A stretch of DNA of 64,000 nucleotides, from positions 62,001 through 126,000 of the forward strand of contig BROI01000027.1 in the NCBI GenBank assembly GCA_027923505.1. Direction: 5' to 3'. Below are positions 11,389-25,884 of this stretch, in pieces. The notes below the pieces were generated by a model. That model ran no database searches. It was not told the DNA's origin and saw nothing but the letters and a program-made list of their open reading frames with translations. Positions within the stretch are counted from its first letter, which is position 1. Every line of letters starts with the position of its first letter. A program made the position numbers and the translations under genes. Origin of the DNA: Mayamaea pseudoterrestris. Its lineage: Eukaryota.

Positions 11389-14300
11389 GAGACTGGTGAC
11401 AAGTTGTCACCAAATACATTGCCATCCCCTGAGACACCAGCCAAGCCTACCATCTTGTAGCGCAGCCTGAATAAGGATGTTGGCACCATTCTGGTGTATT
11501 TTGGGCACCTACAGCGCTTGCTGTAGGGGTGTATGATTGTCATGGTGTTTGTGGGCTGAGACTGGTGACAAGTTGTCACCAAATACATTGCCATCCCTTG
11601 AGACACCAGCCAAGCCTACCATCTTGTAGCGCAGCCTGAATGATGATGTTGGCACTATTCTGGTGTATTTTGGGCACCTACAGGGCTTGCTGTAGGGGCA
11701 TTTGAATGTCATGGCATCTGCGGGCTGAGACTGGTGACAAGTTGTCACCAAATACATTGCCATGCCCTGAGACACCAGCCAAGCCTACCATCTTGTAGCG
11801 CAGCCTCAATAAGGATGGTGGCACCATTCTGGTGAATTTTGGGCACCTACTGGGCTTGCTGTAGGAGCGTTTGAATGTCACAGCATCTGCAGGCTGAGAT
11901 TGGTGACAAGTTGTCACCAAATACATTGCCATCCCCTGAGACGCCAGCCAAGCCTACCATCTTGTAGCGCAGCCTGAATTATGATGTTGGCACCATTCTG
12001 GTGTATTTTGGGCACCTACAGGGCTTGCTGTAGGGGCGTTTGAATGTCACAGCATCTGCGGGCTGAGACTGGTGACAAGTTGTCACCAAATACATTGCCA
12101 TCCCCTGAGACACCAGCCAAGCCTACCATCTTGTAGCGCAGCCTGAATAATGATGTTGGCACCATTCTGGTGTATTGTGGGCACCTACAGGGCTTGCTGT
12201 AGGGGCATTTGAATGTCACGGCATCGGCGGGCTGAGACTGGTGACAAGTTGTCACCAAATACATTGCCATGCCCTGAGACACCCGTCAATCCAACCATCT
12301 TGTAGCGCAGCCTGAATTATGATGTTGGCACCATTCTGGTGTATTTTGGGCACCTACAGGGCTTGCTGTAGGGGTGTATGATTGTCATGGTGTTTGTGGG
12401 CTGAGACTGGTGACAAGTTGTCACCAAATACATTGCCATCCCTTGAGACACCAGCCAAGCCTACCATCTTGTAGCGCAGCCTGAATAAGGATGTTGGCAC
12501 TATTTTGGTGTATTTTGGGCACCTACAGGGCTTGCTGTAGGGGCATTTGAATGTCATGGCATCTGCGGGCTGAGACTGGTGACAAGTTGTCACCAAATAC
12601 ATTGCCATCCTGTGAGACACCAGCCAAGCCTACCATCTTGTAGCGCAGCCTGAATAATGATGTTGGCACCATTCTGGTGTATTTTGGGCACCTACAGGGC
12701 TTGCTGTAGGGGCGTTTGAATGTCACGGCATCTGCGGGCTGAGACTGGTGACAAGTTGTCACCAAATACATTGCCATCCCCTGAGACAACAGTCAAGCCT
12801 TCCATTTTGTAGCGCAGCCTGAATAATGATGTTGGCACCATTCTGGTGTATTTTGGGCACCTACAGGGCTTGCTGTAGGGGCGTTTGAATGTCACGGCAT
12901 TCGCGGGCTGAGACTGGTGACAAGTTGTCACCAAATACATTGCCATCCCCTGAGACACCAGCCAAGCCTACCATTTTGTAGCGCAGGCTAAATATTGATG
13001 TTGTCACCATTCTGGTGTATTTTGGGCACCTACAGGGCTTGCTGTAGGGGCGTTTGAATGTCACAGCATTTGCGGGCTGAGACTGGTGACAAGTTGTCAC
13101 CAAATGCATTGCCATCCTGTGAGACACCAGCCAAGCCTACCATCTTGTAGCGCAGCCTGAATAATGATGTTGACACCATTCTGGTGTAATTTGGGCACCT
13201 ACAGGGCTTGCTGTAGGGGGGTTGAATGTCACGGCATTTGCGGGCTGAGACTGGTGACAAGTTGTCACCAAATACATTGCCATCCCCTGAGACACCAGCC
13301 AAGCCTACCATCTTGTAGCGCAGCCTGAATAATGATGTTGGCACCATTCTGGTGTATTTTGGGCACCTACAGGGCTTGCTGGAGGGGCGTTTGAATGTCA
13401 CGGCATCTGCGGGCTGAGACTGGTGACAAGTTGTCACCAAATACATTGCCATCCCCTGAGACACCAGCCAAGCCTACCATCTTGTAGCGCAGCCTGAATA
13501 ATGATGTTGGCACCATTCTGGTGTATTTTGGGCACCTACAGGGCTTGCTGTAGGGGCGTTTGAATGTCACGGCATTCGCGGGCTGAGACTGGTGACAAGT
13601 TGTCACCAAATACATTGCCATCCCCTGAGACACCAGCCAAGCCTACCATCTTGTAGCGCAGCCTGAATAATGATGTTGGCACCATTCTGGTGTATTTTGG
13701 GCACCTACAGGGCTTGCTGTAGGGGCGTTTGAATGTCACAGCATTTGCGGGCTGAGACTGGTGACAAGTTGTCACCAAATACATTGCCATCCCCTGAGAC
13801 ACCAGCCAAGCCTACCATCTTGTAGCGCAGCCTGAATAATGATGTTGGCACCATTCTGGTGTATTTTGGGCACCTACAGGGCTTGCTGTAGGGGCGTTTG
13901 AATGTCACAGCATTTGCGGGCTGAGACTGGTGACAAGTTGTCACCAAATGCATTGCCATCCTGTGAGACACCAGCCAAGCCTACCATCTTGTAGCGCAGC
14001 CTGAATAATGATGTTGGCACCATTCTGGTGTATTTTGGGCACCTACAGGGCTTGCTGTAGGGGCGTTTGAATGTCACGGCATTTGCGGGCTGAGACTGGT
14101 GACAAGTTGTCACCAAATACATTGCCATCCCCTGAGACACCAGCCAAGCCTACCATCTTGTAGCGCAGCCTGAATAATGAGGTTGGCACCATTCTGGTGT
14201 ATTTTGGGCACCTACAGGGCTTGCTGTAGGGGCGTTTGAATGTCACGGCATCTGCGGGCTGAGACTGGTGACAAGTTGTCACCAAATACATTGCCATCCC

Positions 14301-17300
14301 CTGAGACACCAGCCAAGCCTACCATTTTGTAGCGCAGCCTGAATAATGATGTTGGCACCATTCTGGTGTATTTTGGGCACCTACAGGGCTTGCTGTAGGG
14401 GCGTTTGAATGTCACAGCATTTGCGGGCTGAGACTGGTGACAAGTTGTCACCAAATACATTGCCATCCCCTGAGACACCAGCCAAGCCTACCATCTTGTA
14501 GCGCAGCCTGAATAATGATGTTGGCACCATTCTGGTGTATTTTGGGCACCTACAGGGCTTGCTGTAGGGGCGTTTGAATGTCACGGCATTTGCGGGCTGA
14601 GACTGGTGACAAGTTGTCACCAAATACATTGCCATCCCCTGAGACACCAGCCAAGCCTACCATCTTGTAGCGCAGCCTGAATAATGATGTTGGCACCATT
14701 CTGGTGTATTTTGGGCACCTACAGGGCTTGCTGTAGGGGCGTTTGAATGTCACAGCATTTGCGGGCTGAGACTGGTGACAAGTTGTCACCAAATACATTG
14801 CCATCCCCTGAGACACCAGCCAAGCCTACCATTTTGTAGCGCAGCCTGAATAATGATGTTGGCACCATTCTGGTGTATTTTGGGCACCTACAGGGCTTGC
14901 TGTAGGGGCGTTTGAATGTCACGGCATCTGCGGGCTGAGACTGGTGACAAGTTGTCACCAAATACATTGCCATCCCCTGAGACACCAGCCAAGCCTACCA
15001 TCTTGTAGCGCAGCCTGAATAATGATGTTGGCACCATTCTGGTGTATTTTGGGCACCTACAGGGCTTGCTGTAGGGCGTTTGAATGTTACAGCATAGCGG
15101 GCTGAGACTGGTGACAAGTTGTCACCAAATACATTGCCATCCCCTGAGACACCAGCCAAGCCTACCATCTTGTAGCGCAGCCTGAAATGGGTGGGCACCA
15201 TTCTGGTGTATTTTGGGCACCTACAGGTCTTGCTGTAGGGGCGTTTGAATGTCACGGCATCTGCGGGCTGAGACTGGTGACAAGTTGTCACCAAATACAT
15301 TGCCATCCCCTGAGACACCAGTCAAGCCTACCATTTGTAGCGCAGCCTCAATAATGATGGTGGCACCATTCTGATGTAATTTGGGCACCTACAGGGCTTG
15401 CTGTAGGGGCGTTTGAATGTCACGGCATCTGGGGGCTGAGACTGGTGACAAGTTGTCACCAAATACATTGCCATCCCCTGAGACACCAGCCAAGCCTGCC
15501 ATCTTGTAGCGCAGCCTGATTAATGATGTTGGAACCATTCTGGTGTATTTTGGGCACCTACAGGGCTTGCTGTAGGGGCGTTTGAATGTCACAGCATTTG
15601 CGGGCTGAGACTGGTGACAAGTTGTCACCAAATACATTGCCATCCCCTGAGACACCAGCCAAGCCTACCATCTTGTAGCGCAGCCTGAATAATGATGTTG
15701 GCACCATTCTGGTGTATTTTGGGCACCTACAGGGCTTGCTGTAGGGGCGTTTGAATGTCACGGCATCCGCGGGCTGAGACTGGTGACAAGTTGTCACCAA
15801 ATACATTGCCATCCCCTGAGACACCAGCCAAGCCTACCATCTTGTAGCGCAGCCTGAATAATGATGTTGGCACCATTCTGGTGTATTTTGGGCACCTACA
15901 GGGCTTGCTGTAGGGGCGTTTGAATGTCACGGCATCTGCGGGCTGAGACTGGTGACAAGTTGTCACCAAATACATTGCCATCCCCTGAGACACCAGCCAA
16001 GCCTACCATCTTGTAGCGCAGCCTGAATAATGATGTTGGCACCATTCTGGTGTATTTTGGGCACCTACAGGGCTTGCTGGAGGGGCGTTTGAATGTCACA
16101 GCATTTGCGGGCTGAGACTGGTGACAAGTTGTCACCAAATACATTGCCATCCCCTGAGACACCAGCCAAGCCTACCATCTTGTAGCGCAGCCTGAATAAT
16201 GATGTTGGCACCATTCTGGTGTATTTTGGGCACCTACAGGGCTTGCTGTAGGGGCGTTTGAATGTCACGGCATTTGCGGGCTGAGACTGGTGACAAGTTG
16301 TCACCAAATACATTGCCATCCCCTGAGACACCAGCCAAGCCTACCATCTTGTAGCGCAGCCTGAATAATGATGTTGGCACCATTCTGGTGTATTTTGGGC
16401 ACCTACAGGGCTTGCTGTAGGGGCGTTTGAATGTCACAGCATCTGCGGGCTGAGACTGGTGACAAGTTGTCACCAAATACATTGCCAACCCTGAGACACC
16501 AGCCAAGCCTACCATTTTGTAGCGCAGCCTGAATAATGATGTTGGCACCATTCTGGTGTATTTTGGGCACCTACAGGGCTTGCTGTAGGGGCGTTTGAAT
16601 GTCACGGCATTCGCGGGCTGAGACTGGTGACAAGTTGTCACCAAATACATTGCCATCCCCTGAGACACCAGCCAAGCCTACCATTTTGGAGCGCAGGCTG
16701 GATATTGATGTTGTCACCAATCTGGTGTATTTTGGGCACCTACAGGGCTTGCTGTAGGGGCGTTTGAATGTCACGGCATCTGCGGGCTGAGACTGGTGAC
16801 AAGTTGTCACCAAATACATTGCCATCCCCTGAGACACCAGCCAAGCCTACCATCTTGTAGCGCAGCCTGAATAATGATGTTGGCACCATTCTGGTGTATT
16901 TTGGGCACCTACAGGGCTTGCTGTAGGGGCGTTTGAATGTCACAGCATCTGCGGGCTGAGACTGGTGACAAGTTGTCACCAAATACATTGCCATCCCCTG
17001 AGACACCAGCCAAGCCTACCATCTTGTAGCGCAGCCTGAAGAATGATGTTGGCACCATTCTGGTGTATTTTGGGCACCTACAGGGCTTGCTGTAGGGGCG
17101 TTTGAATGTCACAGCATCTGCGGGCTGAGACTGGTGACAAGTTGTCACCAAATACATTGCCATCCCCTGAGACACCAGCCAAGCCTACCATCTTGTAGCG
17201 CAGCCTGAATAATGATGTTGGCACCATTCTGGTGTATTTTGGGCACCTACAGGGCTTGCTGGAGGGGCGTTTGAATGTCACAGCATTTGCGGGCTGAGAC

Positions 17301-20300
17301 TGGTGACAAGTTGTCACCAAATACATTGCCATCCCCTGAGACACCAGCCAAGCCTACCATTTTGTAGAGCAGCCTGAATAATGAGGTTGGCACAATTCTG
17401 GTGTATTTTGGGCACCTATAGGGCTTGCTGGAGGGGCGTTTGAATGTCACAGCATTTGCGGGCTGAGACTGGTGACAAGTTGTCACCAAATACATTGCCA
17501 TCCCCTGAGACACCAGCCAAGCCTACCATCTTGTAGCGCAGCCTGAATAATGATGTTGGCACCATTCTGGTGTATTTTGGGCACCTACAGGGCTTGCTGT
17601 AGGGGCGTTTGAATGTCACGGCATTTGCGGGCTGAGACTGGTGACAAGTTGTCACCAAATACATTGCCATCCCCTGAGACACCAGCCAAGCCTACCATCT
17701 TGTAGCGCAGCCTGAATAATGATGTTGGCACCATTCTGGTGTATTTTGGGCACCTACAGGGCTTGCTGTAGGGGCGTTTGAATGTCACAGCATCCGCGGG
17801 CTGAGACTGGTGACAAGTTGTCACCAAATACATTGCCATCCCCTGAGACACCAGCCAAGCCTACCATCTTGTAGCGCAGCCTGAATAATGATGTTGGCAC
17901 CATTCTGGTGTATTTTGGGCACCTACAGGGCTTGCTGTAGGGGCGTTTGAATGTCACGGCATCTGCGGGCTGAGACTGGTGACAAGTTGTCACCAAATAC
18001 ATTGCCATCCCCTGAGACACCAGCCAAGCCTACCATTTTGTAGCGCAGCCTGAATAATGATGTTGGCACCATTCTGGTGTATTTTGGGCACCTACAGGGC
18101 TTGCTGTAGGGGCGTTTGAATGTCACGGCATTGCGCTGGGCTGAGACTGGTGACAAGTTGTCACCAAATACATTGCCATCCCCTGAGACACCAGCCAAGC
18201 CTACCATCTTGTAGCGCAGCCTGAATAATGATGTTGGCACCATTCTGGTGTATTTTGGGCACCTACAGGGCTTGCTGTAGGGGCGTTTGAATGTCACGGC
18301 ATCTGCGGGCTGAGACTGGTGACAAGTTGTCACCAAATACATTGCCATCCCCTGAGACACCAGCCAAGCCTACCATCTTGTAGCGCAGCCTGAATAATGA
18401 TGTTGGCACCATTCTGGTGTATTTTGGGCACCTACAGGGCTTGCTGTAGGGGCGTTTGAATGTCACGGCATCTGCGGGCTGAGACTGGTGACAAGTTGTC
18501 ACCAAATACATTGCCATCCCCTGAGACACCAGCCAAGCCTACCATCTTGTAGCGCAGCCTGAATAATGATGTTGGCACCATTCTGGTGTATTTTGGGCAC
18601 CTACAGGGCTTGCTGTAGGGGCGTTTGAATGTCACTGCGGGCTGAGACTGGTGACAAGTTGTCACCAAATACATTGCCATCCCCTGAGACACCAGCCAAG
18701 CCTACCATCTTGTAGCGCAGCCTGAATAATGATGTTGGCACCATTCTGGTGTATTTTGGGCACCTACAGGGCTTGCTGGAGGGGCGTTTGAATGTCACAG
18801 CATTTGCGGGCTGAGACTGGTGACAAGTTGTCACCAAATACATTGCCATCCCCTGAGACACCAGCCAAGCCTACCATCTTGTAGCGCAGCCTGAATAATG
18901 ATGTTGGCACCATTCTGGTGTATTTTGGGCACCTACAGGGCTTGCTGTAGGGGCGTTTGAATGTCACGGCATCTGCGGGCTGAGACTGGTGACAAGTTGT
19001 CACCAAATACATTGCCATCCCCTGAGACACCAGCCAAGCCTACCATCTTGTAGCGCAGCCTGAATAATGATGTTGGCACCATTCTGGTGTATTTTGGGCA
19101 CCTACAGGGCTTGCTGGAGGGGCGTTTGAATGTCACGGCATCTGCGGGCTGAGACTGGTGACAAGTTGTCACCAAATACATTGCCATCCCCTGAGACACC
19201 AGCCAAGCCTACCATCTTGTAGCGCAGCCTGAATAATGATGTTGGCACCATTCTGGTGTATTTTGGGCACCTACAGGGCTTGCTGTAGGGGCGTTTGAAT
19301 GTCACGGCATCCGCGGGCTGAGACTGGTGACAAGTTGTCACCAAATACATTGCCATCCCCTGAGACACCAGCCAAGCCTACCATCTTGTAGCGCAGCCTG
19401 AATAATGATGTTGGCACCATTCTGGTGTATTTTGGGCACCTACAGGGCTTGCTGTAGGGGCGTTTGAATGTCACGGCATCCGCGGGCTGAGACTGGTGAC
19501 AAGTTGTCACCAAATACATTGCCATCCCCTGAGACACCAGCCAAGCCTACCATTTTGTAGCGCAGCCTGAATAATGATGTTGGCACCATTCTGGTGTATT
19601 TTGGGCACCTACAGGGCTTGCTGGAGGGGTGTTTGAATGTCACGGCATCCGCGGGCTGAGACTGGTGACAAGTTGTCACCAAATACATTGCCATCCCCTG
19701 AGACACCAGCCAAGCCTACCATCTTGTAGCGCAGCCTGAATAATGATGTTGGCACCATTCTGGTGTATTTTGGGCACCTACAGGGCTTGCTGTAGGGCGT
19801 TTGAATGTCACGGCATCTGCGGGCTGAGACTGGTGACAAGTTGTCACCAAATACATTGCCATCCCCTGAGACACCAGCCAAGCCTACCATCTTGTAGCGC
19901 AGCCTGAATAATGATGTTGGCACCATTCTGGTGTATTTTGGGCACCTACAGGGCTTGCTGTAGGGGCGTTTGAATGTCACGGCATCTGCGGGCTGAGACT
20001 GGTGACAAGTTGTCACCAAATACATTGCCATCCCCTGAGACACCAGCCAAGCCTAACATTTCGTAACGCAGCCTGATTTATGATGTTGGCGCCATTCTGG
20101 TGTATTTTGGGCACCTACAGGGCTTGCTGTGGGGGGGCGTTTGAATGTCACGGCATCTGCAGGCTGAGACTGGTGACAAGTTGTCACCAAATACATTGCC
20201 ATCCCCTGAGACACCAGCCAAGCCTACCATCTTGTAGCGCAGCCTGAATAATGATGTTGGCACCATTCTGGTGTATTTTGGGCACCTACAGGGCTTGCTG

Positions 20301-23300
20301 TAGGGGCGTTTGAATGTCACGGCATCCGCGGGCTGAGACTGGTGACAAGTTGTCACCAAATACATTGCCATCCTGTGAGACACCAGCCAAGCCTACCATC
20401 TTGTAGCACAGCCTGCATAATGATGTTGGCACCATTTCGTGTGTATTTTGGGACCTACAGGGCTTGCTGTAGGGGCGTTTGAATGTCACAGCATCTGCGG
20501 GCTGAGGCTGGTGACAAGTTGTCACCAAATACATTGCCATCCCCGAGACACCAGCCAAGCCTACCATCTTGTAGCGCAGCCTGAATAATGATGTTGGCAC
20601 CATTCTGGTGTATTTTGGGCACCTACAGGGCTTGCTGTAGGGGCGTTTGAATGTCACGGCATCTGCGGGCTGAGACTGGTGACAAGTTGTCACCAAATAC
20701 ATTGCCATCCCCTGAGACACCAGCCAAGCCTACCATCTTGTAGCGCAGCCTGAATAATGATGTTGGCACCATTCTGGTGTATTTTGGGCACCTACAGGGC
20801 TTGCTGTAGGGGCGTTTGAATGTCACGGCATCCGCAGGCTGAGACTGGTGACAAGTTGTCACCAAATACATTGCCATCCCCTGAGACACCAGCCAAGCCT
20901 ACCATCTTGTAGCGCAGCCTGAATAATGATGTTGGCACCATTCTGGTGTATTTTGGGCACCTACAGGGCTTGCTGGAGGAGCGTTTGAATGTCACGGCAT
21001 CCGCGGGCTGAGACTGGTGACAAGTTGTCACCAAATACATTGCCTTCCCCTGAGACACCAGCCAAGCCTACCATCTTGTAGCGGAGCCTGAATAATGAGG
21101 TTGCCACCATTTCTGGTGTATTTTGAGCATCTACAGGGCTTGCTGTAGGAGCGTTTGAATGTCACGGCATCCACGGGCTGAGACTGGTGACAAGTTGTCA
21201 CCAAATACATTGCCATCCCCTGAGACACCAGCCAAGCCTACCATCATGTAGCGCAGCCTCAATATTGATGGTGGCACCTTTCTGGTGTATTTTGGGCATC
21301 TACAGGGCTTGCTGTAGGAGCGTTTGAATGTCACGGCATCCGCAGGCTGAGACTGGTGACAAGTTGTCACCAAATACATTGCCATCCCCTGATACACCAG
21401 CCAAGCCTACCATCTTGTCGCGCAGCCTCAATAATGATGGTGGCACCATTCTGGTGTATTTTAGGCACCTACAGGGCTTGCTGTAGGGGCGTTTGAATGT
21501 CACGGCATCCGCGGGCTGAGACTGGTGACAAGTTGTCACCAAATACATTGCCATCCCCTGAGACACCAGCCAAGCCTACCATCTTGTAGCGCAGCCTGAA
21601 TAATGATGTTGGCACCATTCTGGTGTATTTTGGGCACCTACAGGGCTTGCTGGAGGAGCGTTTGAATGTCACGGCATCCGCGGGCTGAGACTGGTGACAA
21701 GTTGTCACCAAATACATTGCCATCCCCTGATACACCAGCCAAGCCTACCATCTTGTAGCGCAGCCTGAATAATGATGTTGGCACCATTCTGGTGTATTTT
21801 GGGCACCTACAGGGCTTGCTGTAGGAGCGTTTGAATGTCACGGCATCCACGGGCTGAGACTGGTGACAAGTTGTCACCAAATGCATATCCTCCCTGAGAC
21901 ACCAGCCAAGCCTACCATCTTGTAGCGCAGCCTGCATAATGATGTTGGCATCATTCTTGGTGTATTTTGGGCACCTACAGGGCTTGCTGGAGGGTGTTTG
22001 AATGTCAAGGGATCTGCGGGCTGAGACTGGTGACAAGTTGTCACCAAATACATTGCCATCCCCTGAGACACCAGCCAAGCCTACCATTTTGTAGCGCAGC
22101 CTGATAATGATGTTGGCACCATTCTGGTGTATTTTGGGCACCTACAGGGCTTTGCTGGAGGGCGTTTGAATGTCACACGGCATCGCGGGCTGAGACTGGT
22201 GACAAGTTGTCACCAAATACATTGCCATCCCCTGAGACACCAGCCAAGCCTACCATCTTGTAGCGCAGCCTGAATAATGATGTTGGCACCATTCTGGTGT
22301 ATTTTGGGCACCTACAGGGCTTGCTGGAGGGGCGTTTGAATGTCACAGCATCTGCGGGCTGAGACTGGTGACAAGTTGTCACCAAATACATTGCCATCCC
22401 CTGAGACACCAGCCAAGCCTACCATCTTGTCGCGCAGCCTGAATAATGATGTTGGCACCATTCTGGTGTATTTTGGGCACCTACAGGGCTTGCTGGAGGG
22501 GCGTTTGAATGTCACGGCATCTGCGGGCTGAGACTGGTGACAAGTTGTCACCAAATACATTGCCATCCCCTGAGACACCAGCCAAGCCTACCATCTTGTA
22601 GCGCAGCCTGAATAATGATGTTGGCATCATTCTGGTGTATTTTGGACACCTACAGGGCTTGCTGTAGGGACATTTGAATGTCACGGCATCCGCGGGCTGA
22701 GACTGGTGACAAGTTGTCACCAAATACATTGCCATCCCCTGAGACACCAGCCAAGCCTACCATCCTGTAGAGCAGCCTGCATAATGATGTTGGCACCATT
22801 CTGGTGTATTTTGGGCACCTACAGGGCTTGCTGGAGGGGCGTTTGAATGTCACGGCATCTGCGGGCTGAGACTGGTGACAAGTTGTCACCAAATACATTG
22901 CCATCCCCTGAGACACCAGCCAAGCCTACCATCTTGTAGCGCAGCCTGAATAATGATGTTGGCACCATTCTGGTGTATTTTGGGCACCTACAGGGCTTGC
23001 TGTAGGGGCGTTTGAATGTCATGGCATCTGCAGGCTGAGACTGGTGACAAGTTGTCACCAAATACATTGCCATCCCCTGAGACACCAGCCAAGCCTACCA
23101 TCTTGTAGCGCAGCCTGAATAATGATGTTGGCACCATTCTGGTGTATTTTGGGCACCTACAGGGCTTGCTGTAGGGGCGTTTGAATGTCACGGCATCTGC
23201 GGGCTGAGACTGGTGACAAGTTGTCACCAAATACATTGCCATCCCCTGATACACCAGCCAAGCCTACCATCTTGTAGCGCAGCCTGAAAAATGATGTTGG

Positions 23301-25712
23301 CACCATTCTGGTGTATTTTGGGCACCTACAGGGCTTGCTGGAGGGGCGTTTGAATGTCACAGCATTTGCGGGCTGAGACTGGTGACAAGTTGTCACCAAA
23401 TACATTGCCATCCCCTGAGACACCAGCCAAGCCTACCATCTTGTAGCGCAGCCTGAATAATGATGTTGGCACCATTCTGGTGTATTTTGGGCACCTACAG
23501 GGCTTGCTGTAGGGGCGTTTGAATGTCACGGCATCTGCGGGCTGAGACTGGTGACAAGTTGTCACCAAATACATTGCCATCCCCTGAGACACCAGCCAAG
23601 CCTACCATCTTGTAGCGCAGCCTGAAAAATGATGTTGGCACCATTCTGGTGTATTTTGGGCACCTACAGGGCTTGCTGGAGGAGCATTTGAATGTCATGG
23701 CATCCGCTGGCTGAGACTGGTGACAAGTTGTCACCAAATACATTGCCTTCCCCTGAGACACCAGCCAAGCCTACCATCTTGTAGCGGAGCCTGAATAATG
23801 AGGTTGCCACCATTTCTGGTGTATTTTGAGCATCTACAGGGCTTGCTGTAGGAGCGTTTGAATGTCATGGCATCTGCGGGCTGAGACTGGTGACAAGTTG
23901 TCACCAAATGCATTGCCATCCCCTGAGACACCTGCCAAGCCTACCATCTTGTAGCGCAGCCTGAATAATGATGTTGGCACCATTCTGGTGTATTTTGGGC
24001 ACCTACAGGGCTTGCTGGAGGGGCGTTTGAATGTCATGGCATCTGCGGGATGAGACTGGTGACAAGTTGTCACCAAATACATTGCCATCCCCTGAGACAC
24101 CAGCCAACCTACCATTTTGTAGCGCAGCCTGAAAAATGATGTTGGCACCATCCTGGTGTATTTTGGGCACCTACAGGGCTTGCTGAAGGGGTGTTTGAAT
24201 GTCACAGCATTTGCGGGCTGAGACTGGTGACAAGTTGTCACCAAATACATTGCCATCCCCTGAGACACCAGCCAAGCCTACCATCTTGTAGCGCAGCCTG
24301 AATAATGATGTTGGCACCATTCTGGTGTATTTTGGGCACCTACAGGGCTTGCTGGAGGGGCGTTTGAATGTCATGGCATCTGCGGGATGAGACTGGTGAC
24401 AAGTTGTCACCAAATACATTGCCATCCCCTGAGACACCAGCCAACCTACCATTTTGTAGCGCAGCCTGAAAAATGATGTTGGCACCATCCTGGTGTATTT
24501 TGGGCACCTACAGGGCTTGCTGAAGGGGTGTTTGAATGTCACAGCATTTGCGGGCTGAGACTGGTGACAAGTTGTCACCAAATACATTGCCATCCCCTGA
24601 GACACCAGCCAACCTACTATTTTGTAGCGCAGTCTGAATAATGATGTTGGCACCATTCTGGTGTATTTTGGGCACCTACAGGGCTTGCTGGAGGGGCATT
24701 TGAATGTCACGGCATCCGTGGGCTGAGACTGGTGACAAGTTGTCACCAAATACATTGTCATCCCCTAAGACACCAGCCAAGCCTACCATTTGTAGCGCAG
24801 CCTAAACAATGATGTTGGCACCATTCTGGTGTATTTTGGGCACCTACAGGGCTTGCTGGAGGGGTGTTTGAATGTCATGGCATCCGCGGGCTGAGACTGG
24901 TGACAAGTTGTCACCAAATACATTGCCATCCCCTGAGACACCAGCCAAGCCTACCATCTTGTAGTGCAGCCTGAATAATGATGATAACACCATTCTGGTG
25001 TATTTTGGGCACCTACAGGGCTTGCTGGGAGGGGCGTTTGAATGTCACAGCATTTGGGGGCTGAGACTGGTGACAAGTTGTCACCAAATACATTGCCATC
25101 CCCTGAGACACCAGCCAAGCCTACCATCATGTAGCGCAGCCTGAATAATGATGTTGGCACCATTCTGGTGTATTTTGGGCACCTACAGGGCTTGCTGGAG
25201 GGGCGTTTGAATGTCACAGCATTTGCAGCCTGAGACTGGTGACAAGTTGTCACCAAATACATTGCCATCCCCTGAGACACCAGCCAAGCCTACCATCTTG
25301 TAGCGCAGCCTCAATAATGATGTTGGCACCATTCTGGTGTATTTTGGGCACCTACAGGGCGTGCTGTAGGGGCGTTTGAATGTCATGGCATCTGCGGGCT
25401 GAGACTGGTGACAAGTTGTCACCAAATACATTGCCATCCCCTGAGACACCAGCCAAGCCTACCATCTTATAGCGCAGTCTGAAGAATGATGTTGGCACCA
25501 TTCTGGTGTATTTTGGGCACCTACAGGGCATGCTGGAGGGGGGTTTGAATGTCATGGCATCCGCAGGCTGAGACTGGTGACAAGTTGTCGCCTAATACAT
25601 TGTCGTCCCCTGAGACACCAGCCAAGTCTACCATCTTGTAGCGCAGCTTGAATAATGATGTTGGCACCATTCTAGTGTATTTTGGGCACCTACAGGGCTT
25701 GCTGTAGGGGCG
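11388..25712 (+). repeat. Satellite family D, 169-bp monomer, ~85 highly similar copies
   Basis: gagactggtgacaagttgtcaccaaatacattgccatcc... recurs every 169 bp, and the ORF track is staggered by 169 bp. Confidence 0.99.
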
Positions 25713-25713
25713 A

Positions 25714-25860
25714 CACCATGGAATGGTCTGCAGGCTGGGTGTGGTGACAAGTTATGGAGTCATACCACCAATGCCCCAACGGCCATCCAACAATCCAATG
25801 AGTCACGGCAATGCCGTTGCCATTGTGCAGAACAAGTGCAGGTCTGCCTGGGGCTGACAT
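25714..25860 (+). repeat. Degenerate single copy of family C on the right side of array D
   Basis: catggaatggtctgca..gggtgtgg..ttatggagtcataccac..aatgcccc..ccaacaatccaatgagtca aligns by eye with the family C monomer. Confidence 0.8.
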
Positions 25861-25884
25861 GGGTTACGGCCCCAGCTGTGGGTG

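Noticed and set aside
11385..25555. Dozens of near-identical 88-aa ORFs (MSQGMAMYLVTTCHQ...)
   Set aside because: They are by-products of a 169-bp period, which is not a multiple of 3. Most start at non-ATG codons, they overlap each other, and indels shift frames freely.
11388..25712. CRISPR-like appearance (palindromic motif at regular spacing)
   Set aside because: The sequence between palindromes is repeated rather than unique spacers, there are no cas genes, and the context is eukaryotic.
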